Source of the DNA: Heteronotia binoei
Lineage: Eukaryota
Direction of reading: 5' to 3'
Length of the DNA: 64,000 nt
NCBI RefSeq assembly: GCF_032191835.1
Contig: NC_083240.1
Location: 18,290,001 to 18,354,000, forward strand
In this document: positions 11,765-23,889 of the stretch, piece after piece
Layout of the letters: each line of letters starts with the position of its first letter
Position numbering within the stretch: the first letter of the stretch is position 1
Position numbers and translations under genes: made by a program
Notes under the pieces: generated by a model
What the model saw: the letters and a program-made list of their open reading frames with translations, nothing else
Database searches by the model: none
Told to the model about the DNA's origin: nothing

Positions 11765-12486
11765 ACCAGCTGTGGAACAAACAAAAAAGAAAAACATAAA
11801 TAAAGTAACCAACACCCTAAGTCCGCAGAAGTCTGTCTGTAACTCCTTGGTTTTACTCTTACGGTGTTATTAGGCAGAGATGCTTAAGAACACACTAGTC
11901 GCCACTGATGTTTCTTTTCTGGCTTTTTAAAAGATGTTGAGCAGAATGCAACATGGGAAATGGTCAGCTGCAATTCAGACGAGGAGCCTCAAAATTCCAG
12001 AAAGGCGTTTTATTAAGTTCTTCCAAAAAGTTGCAAGTTTGACGATTAGTTTGTGCTTTGATGATGAGAGATCTATTTGTTTGTTTGTTGTAGTACACCT
12101 TTCTCATCAGAACTCAAGGCAGATCACATAGAGTTAGTCAATACAATTGATGAATGGGAAATTCAACAAATGCAATAGAATTAGGGTTGTAGATCCAACC
12201 AGAAGTCTAAAAAGAGAATTGAAACTGGTTGACTTGATGGCACCTGGGTTTTGGGCATTATGTGACACTGAGCGTTGGGCTGGATGGGCCATTGGTCTGA
12301 TCCAACATGGCTTCTCTTTATGTTCTTATGTTTGAAAGTATTAACACAACACATTAAATGATGCAAAATTCCATGGATGGATCCCACTTTCAACTAGCTA
12401 TGTACAGCCATATAGACCACAGTCCCTAAAAATATTCTAGATAACATTGTGAACCATTTAGAACACTGCAAGCTTATAACCCACAT

Positions 12487-12767
12487 AGAAGAAGAAGAAG
12501 ATATTGGATTTATATCCCGCCCTCCACTCCAAAGAGTCTCAGAGCGGCTCACAATCTCCTTTACCTTCCTCCCCCACAACAGACACCCTGTGAGGTGGGT
12601 GGGGCTTTAAGGGTTCTCACAGCAGCTGCCCTTTCAAGGACAACCTCTGCCAGGGCTATGGCTGACCCAAGGCCATGCTAGCAGGTGCAAGTGGAGGAGT
12701 GGGGAATCAAACCCGGTTCTCCCAGATAAGAGTCCGCACACTTAACCACTACACCAAACTGGCTCTC
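12487..12767 (-). mobile_element. tRNA-derived SINE with L2-like 3' end and (CTT)n tail (common squamate family)
   Basis: Head GAGAGCCAGTTTGGTGTAGTGGTTAAG, B box GGTTTGATTCC, tail GGGATATAAATCCAATATCTTCTTC. Same family at ~15278-15530(+), 19129-19638(+), 24078-24334(-), 39129-39408(-), 49161-49453(+), 62033-62327(-). Confidence 0.8.
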
Positions 12768-15700
12768 GCAGAAAGAAAACTCTCGCAGAAAGAAAAAAAG
12801 AAACCTTTTGCAGAAAGCCAGGAGTGTCCATTCTCTAGGCTGGTCTTTCTCCTGTAAGGAAATTTCTTATTTCCATCACTTACAGGGCAGTCCAAATCAG
12901 AGTAATACCATTGACTTCAAAAGACCTAGAAAGATGTGCCTCTATTTAGGATTCCACTGTTAAACCACGATATTGTGACCGACACAAATCCCAAGCAATT
13001 GGTATTCTGCACTGCCCTGTTTCTAGAAGGCAATTGCTACATAACTGATGACACACAGGGTGACCAAACAGTGCTGTGTGGTGTATGTATTTGAAACATC
13101 CCTCGTATTAATCAGATGATCTCCAAAGGGAAACCTATGAACAGATTAAATACAATTTTTAAAATTGCTCATTGGCCCTTGGTGGCAGAGGTCATTTTAG
13201 TGTTAGTCTAGTGTAGCCATGTTAGCTGAGTGTAACAAAGCAAAATGGAAGTGCAATGGCACCTTGCAGACCAACAACATTTTGTCTAATATGAACTTTC
13301 ATGAGTCATAAGAAGGTAAGCGAAGCCATGTTGGATCAGGCCACTAGCCCATCCAGTCCAACATTCTGTTTCCTATAGTGGCCAAAACCCAGATGCCGTC
13401 AGGAGGTCCACCAGTAGGGCCAGAATTCCAGAAGTCCTCCCACTCTGGCCCCCCAAGCACCAAGAAGACAGAACATTGCTGCCCCAGACAGAGTGTTCCA
13501 TCTATACACTGTGGCTAACAGCCGTTGATGGGCCTCTGCTCCATATGTTTAATTCCCTCTTGAAGTTATGTTTGTAGCCAGCCTGCCACCACTTCCTACA
13601 GCAGCGATTCCTCTGATACAAACGGGAAGAAAGGAAATTGTTTATCTCATTTTTACACAGAAAAGGAGACCTGAATGCCCTTCCCCTTTTAGGGCAATTG
13701 GTGTTGACCAGGATTTTTGCTGATGTGTTGGGATAGACCTGTGTCTGCTCCTTACCAAGTTGATGGCGGGGGCCAGGTTGTCTTCATCTGAAGACGAAGT
13801 TCTTCCTAGGATAGCAAAGGTGTAACTTGCCTGTGGGTTGTGGATCTCTGGCCAGTGGTAAAGCCAGAAGGTCCTTTCCTTGACTTCCCCACAGCCATAA
13901 ATCCAGCTTCTGTTCCAAACCAGAAGTGTGCCAGAAAAGCAGTGAAAGTGCCTTTCCACTACAAGTTCTTAGATTTAAATTCTATACTGGCCCAGTGCCA
14001 CAATAAACCTACCTACCTACTACTACGAGCTCTCCACTGAAATTGTTCACATCCACACACACATTCCACCAAAGTTTGCTCAGCACATATAATTCTCAGG
14101 TGCCCAGTAGGCTGAATATCAAACCACTCATCCTCCAAACAGTTTTCACATTGTACACGTTTTTGATGCTGGGTTTCTGCTTGTGGGCGTTTGGGGCAGA
14201 ATGACCTTTTTTGACAACAAAAGCAACAGATCCAAATATGCCATGGAATCAGCCAATTCCACAGCTCTGAGGGATGCACACAAATTCTGACCAAGGTACG
14301 TCCTCCAGTAGAGGTAATACTGCCCCCTTATGTCTCTCATGTAACATCGTCTCTGATTTCTCACTTCTAATCTAACCTATGGCAGTGGTTCCTAGGGGCT
14401 TTTTTTGTAGTAGGAACTCCTTTGCACATTAGGACACATTAGGACACACACCCTGATGTAACCAATCCTCCTGGAGCTTACAGTAAACCCCGTACTAAAA
14501 GCCCTGTAAGCTCTTGGAGGATTGGCTACATCAGGGGGTGTGGCCTAATATGCAAAGGAGTTCCTGCTACAAAAAAGCCCTGGTGGTTCTACAACCACAA
14601 ATCCAAATTTACGTGGTAAAGCGCTGTCCCAAGGTTTTTTTGGGTGCCTTAGGCAAACTATGACCTTGGCACCCATCTATTTATCATCATCATTAGAAAC
14701 ATACAATAGATTAAAATATAAGATAAACAATTAGTTACAGATATCAATAAGGTATCATCTGAATGATCAATGATTGATGGCATGTACTGTTATTTCCCTC
14801 CATAGAGGATGGATTGTAGGCCGGATACAGTGAAGGCCGTTGCTGCGCTCAACTGTAGGCCTGGTAGAAGATCTCTGTCTAGGTCAGCATTCCATTTTCT
14901 ATAGTGCCCAAGGAGCTATTTTTGATAAACCAACACACAAAGGATGCAGTGCCTCCACTGTGAGCCCCAAGCAAGTGGGAGTTTGTCTCCTTCTCCTCTG
15001 CCGGCTGGGCCAGAGCTGGAGTTTGAGGAGGTGTGCTTGGAGGATCCTTGGTTGAGGAGATGCTTGCAGATGGCAGTGAAGAGGTTGGCATGAAGGGGTT
15101 CAGTGCTGTGCATCTTGCATGGCAGGTAGAGGGCAGTGAAGCAATGCAGGGAGCTGAGCGAGAGATTGGACTGGCAAAGGAGCAACACCAAGACAGAGCC
15201 CACCCACGCACACACCTCTTTCTGGTTTTTCCATGGCATGCTGAATAGTTCCCACCTACTCTCCAACCCTTCCCTCCAGAGAGTCAGCTGCATTGCAGTG
15301 GTTAAGAGCGGCAGACTCTAATCTGAAGAACCAGGTTTGATTTTCCACTCCTCCACATGTAGCCAGCTGGGTGATCTTGGGCCAGTCAGTTTTCTTGGAG
15401 CTCTCTCAGCCCCACCTTCCTCATAGGATGTCTGTTGTGGGGAGAGGAAGGGCAGGAGATTGTAAGCCACTCTGAGACTCCTTTGGGTAATGGACAGAGT
15501 ATAAAAACCAACTCCTACTCTTCTCTTCCTCCTCCTCCTCCTCCAGCTGTGACTGTGAAGTTACTACTAGCCAGAGGGCTTTTTTCACCTCACAAAGAGG
15601 GAGGGGGAGATGAGAATGTGAAGCTGGTGAGGAGGAAAGAAAGAGAAGGATGTGAGGAGCAGGAGCCGCTATTAGGGAGGGCTGGTCTGTGACCTACTTT

Positions 15701-17250
15701 CAAAGGCTTTGCAACCAACCCCTGGGTCCCCATGCCTGTCTTTGGGGGGGCAGTCCAGGGGTGGGTCACATGACACCCCTGCTGCAATGATGTCACCTGG
15801 AAGTGCTGTCATCACATCAGGGATGTCGTTCAGGGGACTCTCTGGTTTTTGGGTGAACTTGATGGTTAAATTGGGCATAAATAATAAGAGTTTACCCAAA
15901 AACCAGAGCATCCCCCACATGACATCTCCGATGCAATGACATTGGGTGATGTCATCATGTTGGAGATGTTGCATGGCAATGTTGCTGTATAGGGGAAGGG
16001 TTTCCCCTGCCAGCCACTGAAACTGGGGGATCCCTTTCTGGAACCTGGAGACCCCTACTGCAGTTCATGGATCATCGCTGTGTGACTGAAGGTGAGCTGT
16101 GGCAGCCATTTTGTGGGAGGCTCTGTCTCCTGCAGCAGCCATTTTGTATCTGTGTCCACCATGCTCTATCACAATCCCAAAGGTGCCCGGGGCTCAAAAA
16201 GGTTTGAGGGGGAAGCCTGCCAAAAGGTTTTCAAGGCAAGAGACGTTCAGACATTCAACTAGCTTGGGTCATCCACAGCTTTTCTTGCTTAGTGTTAATC
16301 AATAGAGAGCCCCACTGAACAGAGGACTGCATTTCATGGCTATTTCTCATGCTAAAGGCAACTCTAAATTTATCATCAAGCCTCAAATGGCCTTCTCCTG
16401 TAGCTCACCCCTGTTGACCTTTCTCTGTTTAGGCTTTGCGACCCACCTGTAAGAAGCTCAGGATTTTTGGCCCGGAATCCCATTTAAGAACCACCGAAAA
16501 AGGTCCACGGTTTCATGGTGGGAGGAGGCAGTTTTGAGGTGGCATGAGAAAGAAAAAAGGTGTGGTGATGGCACCATGCCAGTCTTCAAGGCGACTTCTG
16601 TAAAGCCAGAGAAACCATACACAAACTCAGAATGCCAACTTTCCTATTTAAGAAAAAAAGAAAGGCTTAATGACCTTGCAGAGCCTGATAGCAAAGCGTT
16701 GTGGGAATGCTGCACATGGTAGAAGGACTAAACTTTGCCTGCTGTCCTGCAGGTACAGCCCATGAAGTCTAAGCTACCTGCAGCATTGCAGCTGGGGTTG
16801 TCAACCTCCAGGTGGGGACTGTAGAGTTCCTGGAATTAGAATTGATCTCCACCAGACTACATAAATCAGTTATTCACCAGTGATGTTTAAAACATTTATC
16901 CCACTTCTCCTGGAGAAAATGGTTGCTACGGAAGGTAGACGGCATGACATTGTGCCCTACCAAGGCCCCTCCCATCCCAAAGTCCCAGGCTCCACCCTCA
17001 AATCTTCAGGTGTTTCTAAACCTGGACTTGGCAGGCATAGGCACAGCTGAGACATTCACCTCCTTACTTGCCTTCCCTTTGGCAACACATACCTAGTAGG
17101 GAGCAAGTTGCAAGGAATAATACAGCAGAAGGGGAAAGTAATGGAACGGAACCCTGATCTATGACCCTGATCCATATGGCCCCTCCCCATGCTGTTTATT
17201 TCAGCAAAACAACACATCTGAGAATCCTATTACACTTTGGTGGTCCTGTC

Positions 17251-17437
17251 CTAGATGGCCCAGGGTAGTCCAATCTTGTTGGATCTCAGAAGTTAAGCAG
17301 GGTAAGCCCTGGCTAGTTCTCAGATGGGAGACTACCAAGGAAGTCCACGTTATTCCGCAGAGACAGGCACTGACAAGCCACCTCTGTTCGGGTCTTCTGG
17401 AAAACCTGACAGGGCTGCCAAAAAGCGGGCTGCAACT
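17251..17437 (+). mobile_element. 5S rRNA-derived SINE, uninterrupted paralogous copy
   Basis: GATCTCAGAAGTTAAGCAGGGTAAGCCCTGGCTAGTTCTCAGATGGGAGAC plus the same tail. Confidence 0.7.
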
Positions 17438-17627
17438 TTCCACCGCCTAAGAATAGCCTTTGTGTGAGAGAATAAGCAGGTGTAAGACCTACCTATCAGC
17501 CAATCTGGCATGCCCCATGGAAAGCGGAGATGGAAAGGAGCCTATCAGCACACAACAGGCCAAGGCTTGGTTTTAAACTTCTCCGTAATGATGATGACAA
17601 CTTGGGCAGGGATAAACTCCCTGAGGA

Positions 17628-17633
17628 TATAAA
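17628..17633 (+). promoter_or_regulatory. TATA box of elastase copy 2
   Basis: TATAAA 51 nt upstream of ATG 17679, same GAGGATATAAAGTG context as copy 1. Confidence 0.8.
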
Positions 17634-17678
17634 GTGAATGGATAGAGAGCGCTGTTCTCGACACTCTTGCGCTCCACC

Positions 17679-20600
17679 ATGATCCGGGTCCTCTTCGCTG
17701 CTCTTGCGTTGGCCTCTGCGGGTACGATTCCAACATATCATAAGCGAGAGGAAATATTATTTTTCTTGCAGTACACAATTAGCTTCTGGGATCCATTGCT
17801 GCTACAAGATATAGTGATGCTCACTCTTAATGACTTTAAAAAAAAAAGCTTAGAGGGAACTTTCTGGAGGCTCAGTTGTTCAACAGCTATTAGCCATGAT
17901 AGCCAAAAGTTGAACCCTATTGGATGGAGGTAGTGTACCTCCGAATGTCACATACAAGGGACAAGCAGCACCTCCACATTCTGCTTCTTGGGGCATCTCC
18001 CCGCTGTTGGAGAATCATTTCTGGGCAAGATGGAGTATGGCCCGATCTTGCAAATCTGTCTGGGACTGCTTGTATGGATTGACGACCGGTTGGTTAGACA
18101 TCATTCTGACGCATAGTCTACCTGCACAGGGGGGCTGTCAAGAGTAGCTGCAGAAAGGGTTGCGAAAAGGAGACTTGTTCAGTAGGGAGTGAGATTATTG
18201 TGTTGCTAAAATAAAAGAAACTTAGCCTTGCTGCTCGGGTACTTGTAGTACCTGTGCCATGTGTTGCATACCTGTAGCTCAATTCTTTTGGCCACCTTTG
18301 TTCTTACGGGCCACTTAACATGGCTCAAGGAAGCTCTCACAGACCTGTAAAAGGGATGCTGTTGATACATACCACTGTATATACCAGGAAACATGGAGAA
18401 ATGTGGCCATTTCCCATTGCACATCAGGCATTTCATGTTGCTTTGCTGGTACAGGCAAACACATGTTGCTGACTCCGGGGAAAAACTTATTTTCAGCCCC
18501 TGAACTCTGGCAGCCATCACCAGAGATCATTAGTAGGGGAAGAAGGAGAGGAGAGACCCAAGCTAGAGTGAAAAGGCAATTTGCATAACCAAAATCTGTA
18601 ACAATATATAAGTGCCTTGTACATAAGTTGCAAATAAACAAACATCTAATAAATAGATGTATTTGATTACCACAGTCTCATAATGTGTCGTTTGCAGCTT
18701 TGGGATGTGGGGTCCCAGCCTACCAGCCCAACCTGTCTAGAGTTGTGGGGGGAGAAGCTGTCAGACCCAACAGTTGGCCCTGGCAGGTAAGTCACCATCT
18801 CTCAATCCTGGCAAGAGGGATTCCCCCCCCCCTTTTTTTTCCTTTGTGATTTGCTGAATCCAAACTAGGCAGAGTTTTTACATGTTGAGTGCAGTATGTA
18901 TTTTTAAACCTATCTGTCATCTATCCATCATCTATCTATATCTGTGTTGTTTTATGTGGCAGGGTATGAGCTTTCATGAGTCACTGTTCACTTCAGTGAC
19001 TCATGAAAGCTTGAACCCTGCGGCAGCTTTTGTTAGTCTTTAAGGTGCTACTGGAATCTTTCTCACTTTTTTACTGTTACAGACAGACTAACACGGCTTT
19101 CCATCTTGAGCTGTTTTAAGCCACTGTGGAGAGCCAGTTTGGTGTAGTGGTTGTGTGCGGACTCTTATCTGGGAGAACTGGGTTTGATTTCCCATTCCTC
19201 CACTTACAGCTGCTGGAAGGGCCTTGGGTTAGCCATAGCTCTCGCAAAATTGTCCTTGAAAGGGCAGCTTCTGGGAGAGTTCTCTCAGTCCTGTCCACCT
19301 CACAGGTAATGTTCCCTCTAAGCTGCAGAGTCTTGTGAGCAAAAATTCTACTTTATGAGCTACTGGTATTACAGTTGTGTGCTACTGACATTAAAGTTGT
19401 GAGCTACTGCATAAATTAGTGTGCTCTGGAGCCATCCTTTCTGAGCTAAGACAAAAATGTGTGAGCTGGAGGCTAAACATCTGTGAGCTAGCTCAGGCTA
19501 ACTCAGCTTAGAGGGAACACTGCTCACAGGGTGTCTGTTGTGGTGGAGGTCGGAAGATAAAGGAAATCGTGAGTTGCTCTGAGTCTCTGGTTCAGTGAGA
19601 AGGGCAGGTATAAATCTGCAGTCTTCTTCTTCTTCTTCCCATTAGAGATAAAAGAGTGGTATAAATAGCTAAATAAAATTAATATAGTCATATACTCACC
19701 TTTCGAGGCTGACTGTATGACTTGTCTCATTTCCAGGCCTCTCTCCAGTACAGTTCCAGTGGCAACTGGCGTCACACATGCGGGGGGACCCTCATAGCTA
19801 CCAACTGGGTCATGACAGCAGCTCACTGCATCAGGTACATAAATTGGGGGATTCTTCAAGTTTAGACTAGAGCCAGAATGTAATGTTGAAACTTGGGGAA
19901 GTTCGAAAATTCCAAATACGGTTGAGTTTGAATTCTTTTCTTCACAAATGCCACTTCAGTATCCAAGCAAATTTGCTAGGTGAGAGAGATGGGATTCTGG
20001 GATGTATGACAATATGTTTTTAAGTTTGTAAGATGAAGACAACTTCTAATAATGGAACTAGGCACATAATTTATGTATGAAAGTTGTAGGTTGCTTTCTG
20101 GATATTTTTCAGATATGTTTGCCCATGAACAGATCCACTAGGGAAACATGTCGGGGGTTGAGGGGGTTGGCGGTATTTTCTCTCTAACATGCAAGACTTT
20201 TTTGTAGAAAAAGCCCAGCGTGAACTCATTTGCATATTAGGCCACACCCCCTGCCATCACCATTGTTTCACACAGGGTTTTTGGGGGGAGAAAAGGCCCA
20301 GCAGGGACTCATTTGCATATTAGGCCACACCCCTTGACGTCACCATTGTTTCGCACAGGGCTCTTTTGTAGAAAAAGCCCAGCAGGGACTCATTTGCATA
20401 TTAGGCCACACACCTCCGATGCCAATCCAGCTGGAACTGTGTTCCTGTGCATTACTGCTAAAAAAAAAAAAGTCCTGTGGTAACGTGACTGGCTTGGTCA
20501 CATCAACTCATTTCCTTGTTACCTGCTTCACAAGAAATTTAAGTGATTGCGCTTTTCATCGTGCAAATTCAGTCCCAGCTTTTGAAGGACGAGATGTGGA

Positions 20601-23600
20601 ATTGTAGAAGTGATGTGATGATGCCACAGGGTTGCCAATTCCAGTTTGGGGAATTTCTGGAGATTTGGTGATGGTGCCTGGGGGCAGGCCGCTCAGGCAA
20701 GACATGATGCCATTTTGTCTACCTTCTGAAGCAGCTGTTTCCTCCAGGGGAACCTATTTCTGTAGTCTGGAGATCAGCTGCAAATCCTAGAGAACTCCAG
20801 GCAGATGATACAAAGGAATTATGGTTTTTATCAAACTTTAAGGCAGCATATCAGCTCTTCTCAGCCCCAACGGTCACGTTTCAAGGTGACAAGAAGTAAA
20901 AGGCAGTGTGAAACTATGCAGAAGGGAGTTGGCTTGATTCTGACTATCTGAGATCATCAGCGGCAGGAGAACCAGTCAGAAAGCTGGTTTTGGTGTTGAT
21001 TAATTCAGGCATCTGAATGAAGATGGCCAGTGCAGACCTGACTGATCTCTGGCTGTTTTTCTTTCTGTGCTTTCTACAGCTCTTCTCGGACCTACCGTGT
21101 GGTGCTCGGGAAGTATGATCTGACAGCCAGCGAGACAGGATCCCTCACAGCGTCCCCGCAAAAGATCGTGGTGCACCCCAAATGGGACTCGAGCAAGGTT
21201 TCCAATGGGTATTTCGACAGCTTTTTTTGAAACAGAGGATTAAATATTAAGATTGCCATTCCCCTCCATTTTACATCTGGCTTGGGGGCCAGAATATTTT
21301 GGAGTTAAATGGAGTTTTTGAAGTATCATCCACTCATGCACACTTGTTCAATCTGCAGATTGGTGTGCTCACTTCCACACTGTTTCTCATAGTGACTTTA
21401 TGGGAGACTGCATAGTGCTAGGGCAGGGGTGTCAAACATGTGGCCTGGGGGCCAAATCAGGCCCCCAGAGGGCTTCTATCAGTTCTCTGAGCAACTGGCT
21501 GTCATCTTTCTTGCTTCCTTCTGAGTAACAGCTTGCTTTGCAAGGCTTGTTCAATCACACAGGAGCTACAGAACAAAACCTCTATTTTCTTCATTGGCTG
21601 AGGTTCCACCCTTGGGGAGGAAGGAGGGGCTTTGCTTTGCCAAGCTCTCTCAATCCCACAGCAGAACTACTGAGCCAAGCCTCTCTTCCTTGTATTGGCT
21701 AAGGCTCCTCCCCCTGCTGGTCCCCTGAGGAAGGAAGGAAAGGCCCAGAGCTTCCTTTGCCCAGTTCCCTGGATCCCATGGGAGAGATACAAAGAAAGCA
21801 CTTTTAAGACCAACAAGTGCTAATGTTTTAAGCATGTTTTATTTTAGGTTGTAAAGAAATCTTTAATTGTGTTTGTTTTTGTCCTTTATGAAGTTTATAT
21901 CTCTGCTACCTAATTTTAAATAGGTAAATATATGGCCCAGCCCGATATAGTTCCAGCCCAACAAGGTCTCATTTATGTCAGATCCGGCCCTCATAACAAA
22001 TGAGTTCAACACCCCTGTTCTAGGTCTACATTCTACACTAGAATGGACAGCTCACTGTACTCAATAATCCCAGCCCCAAAGGGCCAGAGCCAATAGTCCT
22101 AGCTAGGTGGTCCTGCCACATTCCCAGGCACACACAACATGAACTTGCCTTACACTGAAGCAACCCTTGGTCCATCAAGCTCAGTATTGTCTACTCAGAC
22201 TGGCAGCAGCTCTCCTGGGTCTCAGGTGGAGGTCTTTCACATCACCTGCTACCTGATCCTTTTAATTGGAGATACTGGGGGTTGAGCCTGGGACCTTCTA
22301 TGTGCCACGCAGATGCTGTACCGCTGAGCTGCAATCCCAATGTAATGGGTGCTTTGACTCACACAGTTTGTGAGTGTGCATTTCTGTGCCCATCTGCTAC
22401 AGTCGGGATGCATCTGTCCTGTCTTTGATATAACATTTAGAAAACTAGAGGAAGGGGCTGAAACCTCACAGATGGCAATGCCAGTCACACAATTGGAATG
22501 GTGTGGTGAAAAGACAAAACCAAGCCCTCCTGGAAAGTCATAATAAGGGCAGTGACTGAAAAGGAAGAGGAAGGGTCCCCTGTGCAAGCTGCAGTCGTTT
22601 CCGACTCTGGGGTGACGTTGCTTTCACAATGTTTTCACGGCAGACTTTTTACGGGTTGGTTTGCCATTGCCTTCCCCAGTCACCTACGCTAAGGGGACAG
22701 TAAACACCGTTAACTTGTGTATGCAATACTCACCCTGTCTTTGTCCTCTCCCAACTGAAACTAGGAACGACATTGCGTTGATCAAACTCTCACAGCACGT
22801 CACCCCAAGTGACAAAATCCAGCCGGCGTGCCTGCCCCCAGCCAACAAGATCTTACCTGGGAACTCTGCTTGTTACGTGACGGGCTGGGGAAGGCTGCAA
22901 AGTAAGGAGGCTTCCTTGTGTTTTTTACTGCTGTCCTTTATTCATTTCATCGGTGCTGTCTGCTTGTGGTGCTTTCCCTTATCTTGTGGTAAACAGATCA
23001 CGCAGTGCGAGCGACAGATTGTAGGGCAGCTGTCCATCAAAAAAAATTCTAACTGATAACTTTTATATTCTCAAAGGGAGAATGGCTGTTGGTATCTCCT
23101 TCTCTTCTTGGTAGCCTTTTGTGCATCTTGAATTTTGGTTTACACCCAAGACCACCTAATGGAGTCTAATCCACATATTACAAAGTCCTTGCATACTCTG
23201 TGCCCCCCGAGGCCTATCATATATTTACTGGGAAGTCCGTGCTTGGACCACTAGTTGTGCAAGGGCCTGATTTGGATCACAGTGCGCAGTGAGAAGAGCA
23301 GGGGTAGAATTCTAGCAGGAGCTCCTTTGCATGTTAGGCCACACATGCCTGATGTAGCCAATCCTCCAAGAGCTTATAAAAAAAGAGCCCTGTAAGCTCT
23401 TGGATGATTGGTTAGATAACAGATCTCCCCTCATTGGTGGATCTGTATGATATGGGATGTAAAAGGAAGATACAAATCATTTTAAGGGACCCTTCACATC
23501 CGGGCCACTTGCTATTTGAGATCTTACCGTCAGGTAGGCGATATAGAGTGTTGAAGGTTAAGCAAATAGATTCAAGGGCAGCATCTATCCAAGTCCGTGG

Positions 23601-23804
23601 TTAGGCTAAATGCAGGGTTATGAATGGTTATTTGTTTTTAGATGCATTGATTCTATGATTAATAATGGTTATGAATGGTTATTTGTTTTTAGATGCATTT
23701 AAATGGTCTATGTATATGTCCTTTTGTGGGTGTTGATGCGTTGGTATGTTTGTGGAAGAGCACCTCATTTCGTTGCTCTCATTTTCTGAGAACAATGACA
23801 ATAA

Positions 23805-23889
<85 letters not shown>

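Larger units (their letters stand above)
160..12980 (+). repeat. Tandem segmental duplication unit 1 (elastase locus)
   Basis: Promoter, introns and 3' flank are collinear with ~15690-28260; homology visibly ends near CTGTTAAACCAC (~12970) / CTCTTAAACCAC (~28250). The left boundary is approximate and may lie outside the window. Confidence 0.85.
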
